In this document: piece by piece, positions 44,049 through 55,018 of the stretch | Numbering within the stretch: position 1 is the first letter of the stretch | Layout: every line of letters starts with the position of its first letter | Notes under the pieces: model-generated | What the model was told of the DNA's origin: nothing | The model's database searches: none | What the model saw: only the letters and a program-made list of their open reading frames with translations | Position numbers and translations under genes: made by a program | DNA from: Lentisphaerota bacterium | Lineage (GTDB): Bacteria; Verrucomicrobiota; Kiritimatiellia; UBA8416; VGWI01 | Direction of reading: 5' to 3' | Assembly (NCBI GenBank): GCA_016873655.1 | Contig: VGWI01000001.1 | Coordinates: 3,343 to 67,342, forward strand | DNA: 64,000 nucleotides

Positions 44049-45514
44049 ACATGCCGGACAGAAATCATGGCGGACAGCGGCGGCCGCACCGGGGGCGCCC
44101 CGGCAGGCCGAGACCACACGGTAACCACATGCGCGAGCAGCGCCAATGGGAGAATCCCATGGATGACAGCAGACCCAGAGACGAAGAAGTATTGCCGCCC
44201 CGCGCTGACCAGCCTGAGGGAGATCAGCCTGTGCCGCAGGATGAAACGCGGAAGGGCGGTCCGGCGCTCAGTCTGTACGACCTTCAGGAAAAGACAGTTC
44301 CGGAACTGAATGAAATCGCGGACAGTTTTGGGCTCAAGGATCTCGGAGCGCTTCGTAAGCACGAGCTGATCTTCGAGATACTCAAGGCCAGCGCCCGCGT
44401 TACCGGCGCGATGGTCAGCAAGGGTATCCTCGAGATACTGCCTGACGGGTTTGGTTTTCTAAGGTCCGCCTACAACAACTACCTGCCGTGTCCGGAGGAT
44501 ATCTACGTCTCTCCTTCCCAGATCCGCCGTTTTGCGCTTCGAACCGGCGACCTGGTTGAAGGCGAGATACGCGAGCCGCGCGAGAAGGAGCGGTTTTTCG
44601 CCCTGCTGCGCGTGGACAAGGTGAACGGTGAGAATCCCGACCGGTCGAGGCACAAGGTGCCGTTCGAGAACCTGACCCCATTGTTCCCGAACCGCAGAAT
44701 AGGGCTTGAGAGGGAACCTGACGAGATATCCATGCGCGTTATGGACATCTTCACGCCGATCGGGTTTGGACAGCGCGGCCTGATTGTTGCCGCCCCGCGC
44801 ACAGGAAAGACCGTCCTGCTGCAGAAGATAGCGAACAGCATATCGGCGAACCATCCGGAAGCGCACCTGATAATCCTGCTGATAGATGAGCGCCCGGAGG
44901 AAGTGACCGACATGATGCGCAGCACGAAGGCGCAGGTGTTGAGTTCGACGTTCGACGAAGCCCCGGAGCGTCACGTCCAGGTTGCGGAACTGGTGATCGA
45001 GATGTCCAAACGCATGGTTGAGTGCGGAAAGGACGTTGTCATACTGCTGGACAGCATCACTCGCCTGGCCAGGGCGTACAACACTCTTCAGCCGCACAGC
45101 GGCAAGATCCTTTCCGGTGGTGTCGATGCCAACGCGCTTCACAAGCCGAAACGTTTCTTCGGTGCCGCACGGAACATCGAGAACGGCGGCAGCCTGACGA
45201 TAATAGCCACGGCTCTCGTCGAGACTGGAAGCAGGATGGACGACGTGATCTTTGAAGAGTTCAAGGGCACCGGCAACATGGAACTGTGTCTTGATCGGAC
45301 TCTTGTGGACAAGCGGGTGTTCCCGGCGATAAACATAGAGAAGAGCGGGACACGCAAGGAAGAGCTTCTGCTGCACCCGGATGAGCTGGGGCGTGTGTGG
45401 GTTCTGAGGCGCGCGGTTAACGGCGTACCCGTGGTTGAATCCATGGAGATGATAGTTAACAGGCTCAAGAAGACAAAGAGCAACGCGGAGTTCCTGTTGT
45501 CGATGAAGGAATAG
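44045..45514 (+). CDS. rho: transcription termination factor Rho with basic N-terminal extension
   Basis: RNA-binding domain, Walker A (AAPRTGKT), Q- and R-loops. The ~75-aa N-terminal segment is Arg/Pro/Gly-rich. Confidence 0.9.
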   Translation: MNMPDRNHGGQRRPHRGRPGRPRPHGNHMREQRQWENPMDDSRPRDEEVLPPRADQPEGDQPVPQDETRKGGPALSLYDLQEKTVPELNEIADSFGLKDLGALRKHELIFEILKASARVTGAMVSKGILEILPDGFGFLRSAYNNYLPCPEDIYVSPSQIRRFALRTGDLVEGEIREPREKERFFALLRVDKVNGENPDRSRHKVPFENLTPLFPNRRIGLEREPDEISMRVMDIFTPIGFGQRGLIVAAPRTGKTVLLQKIANSISANHPEAHLIILLIDERPEEVTDMMRSTKAQVLSSTFDEAPERHVQVAELVIEMSKRMVECGKDVVILLDSITRLARAYNTLQPHSGKILSGGVDANALHKPKRFFGAARNIENGGSLTIIATALVETGSRMDDVIFEEFKGTGNMELCLDRTLVDKRVFPAINIEKSGTRKEELLLHPDELGRVWVLRRAVNGVPVVESMEMIVNRLKKTKSNAEFLLSMKE

Positions 45515-45557
45515 GTCCCGGTCTGTCTGCGGCGGGGCGAAAAGCGGGAAGGACGAG

Positions 45558-46853
45558 ATGAAGGTAACTGTCGAAGATGCCGGCGGGTGCCGCCGGCTTA
45601 TGCGGGTTGAGGTCGGGGCGGACGATGTTCTGCCGAGCTACTCCGAGGTCGTGGGTCTCTACGCCAGGAGTGCCACAGTGCCCGGGTTCCGGCGCGGAAG
45701 GGCTCCGGCCGGGATCGTCGAGAAGCGATACGCGAAAGACATCGCGGAGGATGCAAAGGACCGGCTGCTTCCGAAGGCCTACAGGGATGCTGTGAAGAAG
45801 GAAGGGCTCCGCGCCGCGTCCGTCGTGGATGTGCAGGATGTTGTGTTCGCCAGAGACAAGGGCTTGTCGTTCAGCGTGACCCTGGACCTCCAGCCGGAGA
45901 TCAAGCTGCCTAAGTACAAGAAGATAACTGTTACTGATCAAGGCAAGCCGGTAACTGACGCCGACGTGGAAGAGGCGCTGAACTCGCTTCGTGAACGGGC
46001 TGCGCGGTTCGGGGAAGTCACCGGGCGCGGGGTCAGGAAGGGAGATCTCGCACAGATCGACTACAGCGGGGTGTGCGACGGCGAACCGGTGGAGAAGGCG
46101 GCTTCCGACTGCTCCGGGCTGGGGCGTGCGACGGACTTCTGGGCGCTCGTCGGAGAGCCCGAGTTCATACCGGGCATCCCTGCCGGCATGGAAGGGATGC
46201 AGGTCGGCGAAACCCGCAAGATAGAGGTCACTTTCCCCGGCGATCACCACGTGGAGGCCATGCGCGGCAAGACGGCCGTTTACGAGGTGACGGTCAAGGC
46301 AGTCAGGGAACGTATACTTCCAGAGCTCAACGAGGAGTTTCTGAAGCTTGCCGGAGCCGAATCCGTTGAGAAGCTGCGAGAGACGATCAGGAAGGACCTG
46401 GAAGAGCGTGCCGTGCAGGACGAGCTTGCCAGGCGTCGCGATGAAGTCGCCAAGTTTCTGTTGGACGGCGTGACCTGCGATCTGCCCGAATCCGTTGTTG
46501 CGCGCGAAGCGCACGCGACTGCCCGGATGCTCGTCAGAAGGTTTGCATATCAGGGGGCCACACGGGAGCAGATCGAACAGCGCAGCGACGAGATAATGGG
46601 TGTTGCGCACAGGACTTCCAGCGACAGGGTCAAGCTCGGATACATACTCTCCCGCATCGCGGACGAGGAGAAGATTGAGGCAAGCGACGCCGAACTGGAT
46701 GAGCGGATAGCGAGGATGGCCTCGTCGCGCCGCGAGACGCCGGAGAAGGTTCGCGAAGATTTGGAAGAAGACGGTGCGATAGAACAGGTCCGGGAGGACA
46801 TCAGGGCTGACAAGGCTCTGGAAATGCTGATGAGCATTGCGAAGACGAAGTGA
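45558..46853 (+). CDS. tig: trigger factor
   Basis: N-terminal ribosome-binding domain (GFRRGRAP motif), PPIase and C-terminal arm; tig-clpP-clpX synteny. Confidence 0.9.
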   Translation: MKVTVEDAGGCRRLMRVEVGADDVLPSYSEVVGLYARSATVPGFRRGRAPAGIVEKRYAKDIAEDAKDRLLPKAYRDAVKKEGLRAASVVDVQDVVFARDKGLSFSVTLDLQPEIKLPKYKKITVTDQGKPVTDADVEEALNSLRERAARFGEVTGRGVRKGDLAQIDYSGVCDGEPVEKAASDCSGLGRATDFWALVGEPEFIPGIPAGMEGMQVGETRKIEVTFPGDHHVEAMRGKTAVYEVTVKAVRERILPELNEEFLKLAGAESVEKLRETIRKDLEERAVQDELARRRDEVAKFLLDGVTCDLPESVVAREAHATARMLVRRFAYQGATREQIEQRSDEIMGVAHRTSSDRVKLGYILSRIADEEKIEASDAELDERIARMASSRRETPEKVREDLEEDGAIEQVREDIRADKALEMLMSIAKTK

Positions 46854-46865
46854 CGGGAGGCAGGG

Positions 46866-47480
46866 ATGAGAGCATTCGACCAGACACTTGTGCCCATGGT
46901 TGTGGAGCAGACCGGCAGGGGCGAGCGCGCCTATGACATATTCTCCCGTCTGCTCAAAGAGAGGATCATCTTCGTCGGGACGGCGATAGACGACGATATC
47001 AGCAACCTGATAATTGCCCAGTTGCTCTTTCTCCAGTCGGAAGACGCGGAGAAGGACGTGAGCATGTACATCAACTCGCCGGGCGGCTCCGTGACCGCCG
47101 GGTTGGCCATATACGACACCATGCAGTTCCTGAAATGCGATGTCGCAACCTACTGCGTGGGCCAGGCATCGAGCATGGGCGCGGTACTGCTTGCGGCGGG
47201 AGCTGCAGGGAAGCGTTTTGCGCTTCCGAACGCCAGGATCATGATTCATCAGCCGTGGGGCGGCGTGCAGGGCCAGGCTTCAGACATAAGCATTCAGGCG
47301 AAGGAAATCCTGCGTATGCGTGACAGGATTAACGGAATACTCGCCAGCCACACCGGCAAGGAGGTTGATGCCCTTGCCAAGGACACTGACCGCGATTTCT
47401 TCATGTCGGCAGACGAGGCAAAAGGCTATGGCTTGATTGACGAAGTCATGAAGGTGCGCAAAAAGGCGGACGGCAAGTGA
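46866..47480 (+). CDS. clpP: ATP-dependent Clp protease proteolytic subunit
   Basis: [20 protein letters not shown], catalytic Ser in GQASSMGA, His/Asp present. Confidence 0.95.
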   Translation: MRAFDQTLVPMVVEQTGRGERAYDIFSRLLKERIIFVGTAIDDDISNLIIAQLLFLQSEDAEKDVSMYINSPGGSVTAGLAIYDTMQFLKCDVATYCVGQASSMGAVLLAAGAAGKRFALPNARIMIHQPWGGVQGQASDISIQAKEILRMRDRINGILASHTGKEVDALAKDTDRDFFMSADEAKGYGLIDEVMKVRKKADGK

Positions 47481-48742
47481 GCGGATCGCGCAAACCATCC
47501 TGTTCGTTCTGCGGCCGCAATGCAACGGCAAGCCGCAGGCTGGTAACAGGGCCGAACGGCATACACATCTGCGGCGAGTGCGTCACCGTGTGTGACAGGA
47601 TGCTGAGCGAAGACGCGCCCGGCAAGGATGAGTCGGTCGTGAACCCCGTGGAGAATCTCAAGGTTCCAGCTCCGCGCGACATCTACTCGTTTCTTGACGG
47701 GTACGTGATCGGGCAGGACCACGCGAAGAGAGTGCTTTCGGTTGCGGTTCACAACCACTACAAGCGGTTGAAGCAGGAGAGCCACTTTGCTCCTGACCAC
47801 CCTCTCGCCGAAGTTGAGATCGAGAAGAGCAACATCCTCCTGATAGGCCCGACAGGGTCCGGCAAGACGCTGCTCGCGAAGACCCTTGCTCGGTTTCTGG
47901 ATGTCCCGTTTGCCATGGCTGATGCGACGACTCTGACCGAGGCCGGATATGTCGGCGAGGACGTGGAGAACATACTGCTGACATTGATCCAGAATGCCGA
48001 CTGGGATGTGCAGAAGGCATCCATGGGTATCATCTACGTTGACGAGATAGACAAGATCGGACGCAAGACCGAGAACGTATCAATAACGAGGGACGTGTCG
48101 GGCGAAGGGGTTCAGCAGGCGTTGCTGAAGATACTTGAAGGGACAGTGGCGAATGTGCCTCCTCAAGGCGGGCGCAAACATCCTCAGCAGGAGTACATAA
48201 AGATACAGACACAGAACATCCTGTTCATCTGCGGGGGCGCGTTTGTGGGCCTGGACCAGATTGTCCGTCGTCGGCACAGCAAATCCATGCTGGGGTTCCT
48301 GGACCAGGAAAAGGCCGCCATCGGGGCAGACGGTCTTGATGTCGAAACTGGCGACCTTATCGCTTACGGGATGATCCCGGAGTTCGTGGGGAGGCTTCCG
48401 GTTGTAGCCGAGCTCTCGGCGCTTTCGGAAGACGATCTTGTCCGCATCCTGGTGGAGCCCAGGAACAGCATGGTTTCCCAGTACCGGAAACTTCTGGCCA
48501 TGGAAGGCATAGACCTGAAGTTCCGCGAGGACGCGTTGCGTGCGTTGGCTTGTCAGGCCATCAAGCGCGGCACCGGAGCGCGCGGGCTCCGGTCGATAGT
48601 TGAGCGCATGATGTTGGATATCATGTTTGACGCGCCGGGCGGCAAGCTTGCCGAGCTGGTGGTTACACGCTCAATGGTGGAAAAAAGCTCTGCGGCGGCT
48701 CGAAGCACCAGCAGGCGGCCGGCGCGGCGCAAGAGCGCCTGA
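47477..48742 (+). CDS. clpX: ATP-dependent Clp protease ATP-binding subunit ClpX
   Basis: C4 zinc finger (CSFCGRN...CGEC), Walker A GPTGSGKT, ClpX family. Confidence 0.95.
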   Translation: MSGSRKPSCSFCGRNATASRRLVTGPNGIHICGECVTVCDRMLSEDAPGKDESVVNPVENLKVPAPRDIYSFLDGYVIGQDHAKRVLSVAVHNHYKRLKQESHFAPDHPLAEVEIEKSNILLIGPTGSGKTLLAKTLARFLDVPFAMADATTLTEAGYVGEDVENILLTLIQNADWDVQKASMGIIYVDEIDKIGRKTENVSITRDVSGEGVQQALLKILEGTVANVPPQGGRKHPQQEYIKIQTQNILFICGGAFVGLDQIVRRRHSKSMLGFLDQEKAAIGADGLDVETGDLIAYGMIPEFVGRLPVVAELSALSEDDLVRILVEPRNSMVSQYRKLLAMEGIDLKFREDALRALACQAIKRGTGARGLRSIVERMMLDIMFDAPGGKLAELVVTRSMVEKSSAAARSTSRRPARRKSA

Positions 48743-48763
48743 CCGGACCGGAGAGACGGCGGG

Positions 48764-49114
48764 TCACGCCGGCAGGGAGTTTCCCTTGCCCGGCTTGACC
48801 ACGACGGGAAGGTGACGAGCAGCCTCTTCCTTGGGAAGCAGGCAGAACGTGAATACTATCACGCGGTCACCGACCTTGCCTTTGTGCGCTGTGGCGCCGT
48901 TGAGGCAGATTGTCCCGCTCCCGGCGGGAGCAGAGATGGCATAGGTCTCGAACCTCTCGCCGTTCTCCAGGTTGGCCACGAGAATCTTCTCGTGAGGCAG
49001 TATCCCGGCCTTGTCCATCAGCGCCTTGTCTATTGTGAGGCTTCCTTCGTACTCCAGCTCGGCCTCGGTGACAACGGCCTGATGAATCTTGGATTTGAGC
49101 ATTATGACCTGCAT
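48764..49114 (-). CDS. panD: aspartate 1-decarboxylase
   Basis: MLKSKIHQAVVTEAELEYEGSLTID (Gly-Ser self-cleavage site) and ...ISAPAGSGTICLNGATAH. Alternative start 49102. Convergent with clpX. Confidence 0.85.
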   Translation of the reverse strand: MQVIMLKSKIHQAVVTEAELEYEGSLTIDKALMDKAGILPHEKILVANLENGERFETYAISAPAGSGTICLNGATAHKGKVGDRVIVFTFCLLPKEEAARHLPVVVKPGKGNSLPA

Positions 49115-49257
49115 GACATCCTGCCTTTGCGGTCCACCCGCGTGTTGGGCTGTACATGGTATAGGTCGGGATCGGGTGCTGCAAGCGGAGAAAACCCGTC
49201 CATGCTGCGTGCGGGCTGAAGCACGACCGTTTCGCCCCTACTCCGCCGTTGCCCTGA

Positions 49258-51156
49258 ATGGCGGGCGTGACTATCGTTGACGCCATGAGAGTGATGCTGA
49301 TCACGCCCCCCATGGTCCAGTTCAACGCCCCGTATGCCGCTGTGCCAATGCTTGCCGGGCACCTTCGTGCCGCCGGCGTTGAGGTCTCGCAGGTGGACAT
49401 GTCTCTTCAGCTTGCGCTGCGTCTATTCAGCCGTGGCGGGCTTGAGGCGCTGCGCCTTGAGGTGGAGAAGAAGCTCATACGTTCACGCAAGGGTGCGTCG
49501 CGGCACTTTGTCGACAATGCCGACCGGTATATCGAGACGGTGGATGAAGTCATCAGCTTCATGCAGGGCAGGACGCGTTCCCGTGCAGTGCGCCTGATCC
49601 GGGACGGGAGACTACCGCGCGGGCCGCGGTTCCGGGTGCTGGATGGGATGAAGAGAGCCGGCATTGATCCGGCGAAGGAAGACCCGGACGGCTATCCGCT
49701 CTTCCTCGCAAGCCTCTATCTGGATGACCTCGCGGACGCAGTGCGGGAGGGAGCTGATCGGAGGTTCGAGCTCTCCCGGTATGCGGAACGGCTGGCCCTG
49801 AGCGCGCGAGATTTCTCCGGGCTACAGGCAGCACTCGGAGGCCGGCCGACACTCGTGGAGCGAATGCTGGATGAGATTGTCGAAAGCGCCCTTGGCCGGG
49901 ATGAGCCGGAGCTGATAGGCATTACCATTCCTTTCCCTGGGAACCTTCTCGGGGCATTGAGAATAGCGCGTTGCGCGAAGCGGCTGCGGCCAGACACAAG
50001 GATCGCTGTCGGCGGAGGCTACGTGAACACTGAACTGCGGGGCATGGCCGAAGCGAGGGTGTTCGACTTCTTCGATTTCGTGTCTTACGACGACGGGGAA
50101 GAGCCGATCACGCGGATTTGCGACCTGGTGGCCGGCAAGGGCTCTCTTGAGTCGCTCGTGAGAACGCGAATCCGAAAGGGCGGCAGCGTCTCGTTCATCG
50201 ATGCCGTGTCCAGGCCCCTGCGACATCGCGACCGGGCCGCGCCGAGCTATGGGGGAGTCAGGCTCGGAGACTATATCCGGGTAGCCGAGACGGCGAATCC
50301 CATGGCGAGGCTGTGGTCGGGCGAGAAGTGGGCGAAGCTGCAGCTTGCGCACGGCTGTTACTGGAGGAAGTGCGCGTTCTGCGACACCCGTCTGGATTAC
50401 ATCTCGCGTTTTGATCCCGCCGACGCAAGTACGGTCGTGCGGTGGATTGACGATGTTAGGCATGCCACGGGCCTGACGCGTTTCCACTTCGTTGACGAGG
50501 CCGCGCCGCCGGCGCTGCTCAGGACCGTAGCGAAGGGATTGCTGGACGCCCGCCGAGAAATTGCCTGGTGGACGAACATCCGCTTCGACACCGCATTCAC
50601 CCCTGAACTATGCAGGCTGATGGCGCGGTCCGGGTGTGTTGCCGTGACTGGCGGGCTCGAGTGCGCGGAAGCCTCGATGCTTCAGAAGATGCACAAGGGG
50701 ATAACGCTTCCGGGCGCGGCCCGCGTCTGCGCGGCGATGTCGGAGGCCGGCGTCATGGTGCATGCCTACCTGATTTACGGGTTTCCGGGGCAGGATCTAC
50801 GTCAGGTTGTGGACGGGCTTGAGTATGTGCGGCAGCTTTTCGAGCAGGGGTATCTGCACTCTGCGTACTGGCACCGCTTTGCGTTGACGGTTCACAGTCC
50901 GATGGGGATGGCGCCAGAGGCGTTCGGCGTCCGACTGCTTCCGCAAGCAGATGCGGTGTTCGCGGAGAACGAGTTGCCTTTCACCACGCGTGGTCGGGGC
51001 GACCTCGATGCAATCGGCATATGTCTGCGCAAGGCTGTCTACAACTACATGCACGGTCTCGGGATATCCGAAGATGTGCGAACATGGTTCAGCGGAATGC
51101 GAGTCCCGAGACCATCTCTCCGCGCGGACGCGGTTTGCCGCGATGCATGCGCCTGA
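49258..51156 (+). CDS. B12-binding domain radical SAM protein
   Basis: N-terminal Rossmann-like B12-binding region and radical-SAM cysteine triad C-x3-C-x2-C (HGCYWRKCAFCD). Substrate unknown. Alternative start 49285. Confidence 0.7.
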   Translation: MAGVTIVDAMRVMLITPPMVQFNAPYAAVPMLAGHLRAAGVEVSQVDMSLQLALRLFSRGGLEALRLEVEKKLIRSRKGASRHFVDNADRYIETVDEVISFMQGRTRSRAVRLIRDGRLPRGPRFRVLDGMKRAGIDPAKEDPDGYPLFLASLYLDDLADAVREGADRRFELSRYAERLALSARDFSGLQAALGGRPTLVERMLDEIVESALGRDEPELIGITIPFPGNLLGALRIARCAKRLRPDTRIAVGGGYVNTELRGMAEARVFDFFDFVSYDDGEEPITRICDLVAGKGSLESLVRTRIRKGGSVSFIDAVSRPLRHRDRAAPSYGGVRLGDYIRVAETANPMARLWSGEKWAKLQLAHGCYWRKCAFCDTRLDYISRFDPADASTVVRWIDDVRHATGLTRFHFVDEAAPPALLRTVAKGLLDARREIAWWTNIRFDTAFTPELCRLMARSGCVAVTGGLECAEASMLQKMHKGITLPGAARVCAAMSEAGVMVHAYLIYGFPGQDLRQVVDGLEYVRQLFEQGYLHSAYWHRFALTVHSPMGMAPEAFGVRLLPQADAVFAENELPFTTRGRGDLDAIGICLRKAVYNYMHGLGISEDVRTWFSGMRVPRPSLRADAVCRDACA

Positions 51157-51259
51157 CACACGGCGCGGGTGCAATGCGGCGGGGGCTGTTCCGATGCGGG
51201 CCGGCATGGAATGATGCGCCAGCCTGAGGCGGCGCAGGGCCGACAAGAAGGCGGGTTCT

Positions 51260-52609
51260 CTACCGCGGTCGGGCTGGCCCCACTTCCTTGTGCAGCCAGT
51301 CAAGCGCCGCAGGTCGGTTGCTCAGCGCACCTTCCAGCTGCAGTTCGTAGGCGCGGGAAAGCAGGGCGCCCACGTCAGGCCCTTCCTTTCCGCCTGCGGC
51401 AAGAACATCCTTGCCGGTCAGAAACGGTGGAGGAAGGGCCGGTTCGGTCTTCAGCCTCTCGACGAAATCCAGCAGGAACCTGTGGTTTTCGAGATGGCCG
51501 TGACTTGCCATGCAGTCCAGCCTGTGAAGCTCCAGTTCCGCCGCGAAAGTCGGCGTGCCGACCAGCCTTCTAAGGGTTGCCTGGCGCATATGCCGCACGT
51601 CGGCGAAGCGCATGTGTCCGGCCACCATACCGACCACTTCGTCGATGAAAGAGCGCGGGAGACGTAGTTGTTCGAGACGGTTTCTTGCGATCTCCGCGCC
51701 GGCTTCCGCGTGACGGTGGAACCGCAGGCGGTCGTCGCCCTGGAACGCGACGGCGGGCTTGCCCACGTCGTGCAGGAGCGCCGCGAATCCAAGCCTGGGA
51801 TCTGAGCCGCGGGGAAGCATGTCCAGCATTCGCAGGGTGTGTTCCAGAACATCGCCCTCGGGGTGGAATTCTGGAGGTTGTTCCTGGTTTCTCAGGCACG
51901 CCACTTCGGGAAGAACAGCCGCAAGCAATCCTGAGGAATCGAGAAGCCTGAAAGCCGCGCCGGCCGGACCGGATTCGAGGAGCATCCGGACAAGCTCATC
52001 TCTCACCCGTTCCGGCGCCGTTGTGGAAATGCGTGAGGCATTGGCGCGGAGTGAGGCAAACGTGCCGTCCTCGATGGCGAAGCCCAGCACCGCGGCGAAG
52101 CGGACGGCTCTCAGCATCCGCAGGTAGTCCTCGGTGAACCGGGCGTCGGGGTTGCCGATGCAGCGGATCAGGCGCCTGTCCAGATCGGCACGGCCTGACA
52201 CGAAATCATGTACTTCACCGGTCACTGGGTCGTAGAACATTGCGTTGACGGTGAAGTCGCGCCGGAGCGCGTCGGCAGGCGCATCCGCATAGGTGATCGC
52301 ATCCGGCCGTCGGCCGTCGCTGTAGGATGAGTCGCGGCGGAATGTGGCGACCTCAAAGGGGTAGGGTCCACGCTTCACGATGAGCACAGCGAAGCGCGCC
52401 CCCACGAGAGACGCTTCCGGGTAGAGCGAAAGGAGCTGCTCTGGCCTGGCGTCGGTGGCGACGTCGAAATCCTTTGGTTCCCGTCCAAGCAACATGTCGC
52501 GCACGCAGCCGCCTGCGAAGTAGGCCGTATGGCCGGCGGCCTGAAGCTCGCGCACGATACCGACCGCTGCGTCGCGCATGGAGTCCGATGTTTTGCCGGT
52601 GGTCGTCAC
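51260..52609 (-). CDS. cca: CCA-adding tRNA nucleotidyltransferase with HD domain
   Basis: Pol-beta-like head (GGCVRDMLLGREPKDFDVAT), RRDFTINA-like motif (RRDFTVNAM) and HD motif (LLHDVGKP). GTG start 52609 forms a GTGA overlap with the upstream PNP stop; alternative ATG 52579. Confidence 0.85.
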   Translation of the reverse strand: MTTTGKTSDSMRDAAVGIVRELQAAGHTAYFAGGCVRDMLLGREPKDFDVATDARPEQLLSLYPEASLVGARFAVLIVKRGPYPFEVATFRRDSSYSDGRRPDAITYADAPADALRRDFTVNAMFYDPVTGEVHDFVSGRADLDRRLIRCIGNPDARFTEDYLRMLRAVRFAAVLGFAIEDGTFASLRANASRISTTAPERVRDELVRMLLESGPAGAAFRLLDSSGLLAAVLPEVACLRNQEQPPEFHPEGDVLEHTLRMLDMLPRGSDPRLGFAALLHDVGKPAVAFQGDDRLRFHRHAEAGAEIARNRLEQLRLPRSFIDEVVGMVAGHMRFADVRHMRQATLRRLVGTPTFAAELELHRLDCMASHGHLENHRFLLDFVERLKTEPALPPPFLTGKDVLAAGGKEGPDVGALLSRAYELQLEGALSNRPAALDWLHKEVGPARPR

Positions 52610-53439
52610 GTTGTTTCCGCGGCGACCAGCCCGCGCCAGAAGGCGGAGAGAAGCTGGCGCATTGCGGGCCGGGCATCGGCCGCGCGTTGCAGGACTTCCT
52701 TGTGATCGATGGCGCCGGAGGCGCAAGCGGCGGCGTTTGTGATGCAGGAGACCGCCGCCACGCGGATGCCTGCCGCATGCGCCAGCGTTGCTTCCGGCGC
52801 CGTGGACATGCCGACGACGTCGGCTCCCATGGCCCGGAACGCATTCACCTCGGCCGGGGTTTCGAACACGGGGCCGGGAACCGCCATGTAGATGCCGTCG
52901 GCCAGAGGGATGTTTTCGGCATCCGCGGCAGTGTGCAACAGATGCAGGAGTTCAGCGTCGTACACCTTCGACATGTCCGGAAACCGCGCACCCCATCTGG
53001 GGTCGTGGGGCCCGGCAAGCAGGGGCGGCTGGATCAGGTTGATGTGGTCAGTTACGGCCATGAGACACCCGGGCTGCAGGTCGGCGCGTATGCCGCCCGA
53101 AGCGTTGGTTATCAGCAGCGACCGGACCCCGAGTTCAGCACATACTGCCACAGGAAAAGCTACGGCGTCCTGTGGCACGCCTTCGTACAGGTGCCGTCTG
53201 CCGACGAAGAGAAGGATATGCGATCCATCCAGGAGGCCGACTGTTATCCGCCCGGCATGTCCGTCAACAGACGGCGATCCCATCTCAGAAATATCCGAGT
53301 ATTCGATGGAGAATTGGGGCACTGCATCCGACGCCGCAGCGCCCCATCCGCTTCCCAGGATTGCCGCCGACCGGCATCCGAATTTCTCCACTTGAGCCGC
53401 AATCCGCGCGGCGGAAGCGAAGACAGCATTACTGTTCAT
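52606..53439 (-). CDS. punA: purine nucleoside phosphorylase (trimeric PNP family I)
   Basis: Aligns by eye with PNP-I along its length (ILGSGWG, DGHAGRITVG, VGRRHLYEG, ITNASGGI, TDHINL, GMSTAPE, CITNAA with the specificity Asn). The ORF-track start 53751 is a 5' extension with no homology. Confidence 0.75.
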   Translation of the reverse strand: MNSNAVFASAARIAAQVEKFGCRSAAILGSGWGAAASDAVPQFSIEYSDISEMGSPSVDGHAGRITVGLLDGSHILLFVGRRHLYEGVPQDAVAFPVAVCAELGVRSLLITNASGGIRADLQPGCLMAVTDHINLIQPPLLAGPHDPRWGARFPDMSKVYDAELLHLLHTAADAENIPLADGIYMAVPGPVFETPAEVNAFRAMGADVVGMSTAPEATLAHAAGIRVAAVSCITNAAACASGAIDHKEVLQRAADARPAMRQLLSAFWRGLVAAETT

Positions 53440-53650
53440 ATAGGCACCTCCGCCTGAAGCCTGCCACATGACCGCCCTTACGCCGGCAACTCCTGCCCAT
53501 CCTGTGAGAGTATAGGCGTGGCGCGGGGGATTGCGACAGGATATGAGCACCCGTGCCCATTCCGGCTGTGGAGGGGCGACGGTCCCGGCCGGTGAAACGG
53601 GCGGAAGAAACGCACTTGCGAATGGTCTGTACGGCGGTAGTATCGGGCAT

Positions 53651-54979
53651 ATGGGAAAGGAAGTAACAAGGCGCGACTTCGTGGCCATCGCCGGCGCGGC
53701 CGCTGCAGGGGTTGCCGCCGGGTGCGCTACGAATCCGACTACCGGGCGCACTCAGTTCATGCTTGTTTCCGAAGCTCAGGAAGTGGACCTCGATCGCAAG
53801 GCCGCGCCGCACCAGTTTTCTGCCGACTACGGCCCGGTGCAGGACCCCGGGCTGAATTCGTACGTAGGTGAAGTGGGCATGAAGCTTGCGGCCGTGACTC
53901 ACCGCCCGGCGATGCCGTACTCGTTCCGGGTTCTGAACTCGGTCGTTGTGAACGGCTACACGTTTCCGGCGGGCAGTGTCGGACTGAACCGCGGGCTGAT
54001 GGTCGCGATGGGCAGCGAGGCGGAGCTAGCTGCGGTGCTTGGGCACGAGCTGGGGCATGTCAACGCCAGACATGCGGCCGAGCGGATGTCCAAGAACATG
54101 GTGGCCATGGCGATGGTGACGGGCATTGCGCTCTATGTTCAAAAAGAGAACAGTGAGTATGCGGCGTTGGCGGCAGGACTGGGCGGTCTCGGTGCGAACG
54201 CGCTGCTTTGCCGGTACAGTCGGGACGACGAGCGTGAGGCCGATGCTCTTGGCATGGAGTACATGAGCAGGGCCGGGTACGGGCCGGAAGGCATGGTCTC
54301 GCTGATGGACGTGTTCAGGAACCTTCACAGGTCGAAGCCGAGCGCGGTAGACCTCCTCTTCTCGACCCATCCGATGAGCGATGAGCGCTACGAGACTGCC
54401 TGTCGGCTTGCCGCGGGCGAGTATGCCGCCGCAAGGGGGCGGGCGGACAGCAGGGATCGGTATCTTGACAGAATCGGCGGCCTGTTGAGGATACGCGGCG
54501 CGATAGAAGAGATGCAGAACGCCCAGGCCTTGTTGATGAAGAAGAAGCCGGCTGAAGCAGAAGCACGTCTCAAGAGCGCCTTGCGCCAGGCGCCCGACGA
54601 CTACGCTGGTCTGCTCATGATGGCCAAGTGCTGCATGGCGCAGAACAGGGCCGACGAAGCAGCGCGGTACGCGGACCGGGCGAAGTCCGTGTATCCATCC
54701 GAAGCGCATGCATTGCAGGTGTCCGGCTTCGCGAAGCTCAGCGGTGGTCGCTTCGACGCGGCCATGGTGGAATTCGAAGCGTACGAGACAAAGCTTCCGG
54801 GCAATGAGAACACGGCCTTTTTCCTGGGCCGCTGCCTTGAGGGGATGGGGCGCAGGCAGGAGTGTGTCGCCGAATACATCCGATACCGGAAGCAGGCGCC
54901 CGCGGGAGCGTACGCCGGCTATGTTCAGAACAGGCTTGTGGAATGGGGATACCTGAAGCCTGTTTCCAAGGGGCGGTAA
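53651..54979 (+). CDS. M48-family metallopeptidase with C-terminal TPR repeats (BepA-like), predicted TAT lipoprotein
   Basis: Twin-arginine motif TRRDFVAIAG followed by lipobox AAGC. HExxH in LGHELGHVNARH. C-terminal TPR-like helices. Confidence 0.8.
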   Translation: MGKEVTRRDFVAIAGAAAAGVAAGCATNPTTGRTQFMLVSEAQEVDLDRKAAPHQFSADYGPVQDPGLNSYVGEVGMKLAAVTHRPAMPYSFRVLNSVVVNGYTFPAGSVGLNRGLMVAMGSEAELAAVLGHELGHVNARHAAERMSKNMVAMAMVTGIALYVQKENSEYAALAAGLGGLGANALLCRYSRDDEREADALGMEYMSRAGYGPEGMVSLMDVFRNLHRSKPSAVDLLFSTHPMSDERYETACRLAAGEYAAARGRADSRDRYLDRIGGLLRIRGAIEEMQNAQALLMKKKPAEAEARLKSALRQAPDDYAGLLMMAKCCMAQNRADEAARYADRAKSVYPSEAHALQVSGFAKLSGGRFDAAMVEFEAYETKLPGNENTAFFLGRCLEGMGRRQECVAEYIRYRKQAPAGAYAGYVQNRLVEWGYLKPVSKGR

Positions 54980-55018
54980 GACGAGCGTTGCGCGCCTGTG
55001 CGGCATGTGTGATGTGTC

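Noticed and set aside
45465-47249. 594-aa minus-strand ORF (also 43461..44117 and 44459..45376 minus)
   Set aside because: Antisense to tig/clpP, coaE and rho respectively.
53440-53751. N-terminal 104 codons of the 381-aa minus ORF
   Set aside because: PNP homology begins at the Met at 53439. The upstream part is the divergent promoter region shared with the M48 protease gene.
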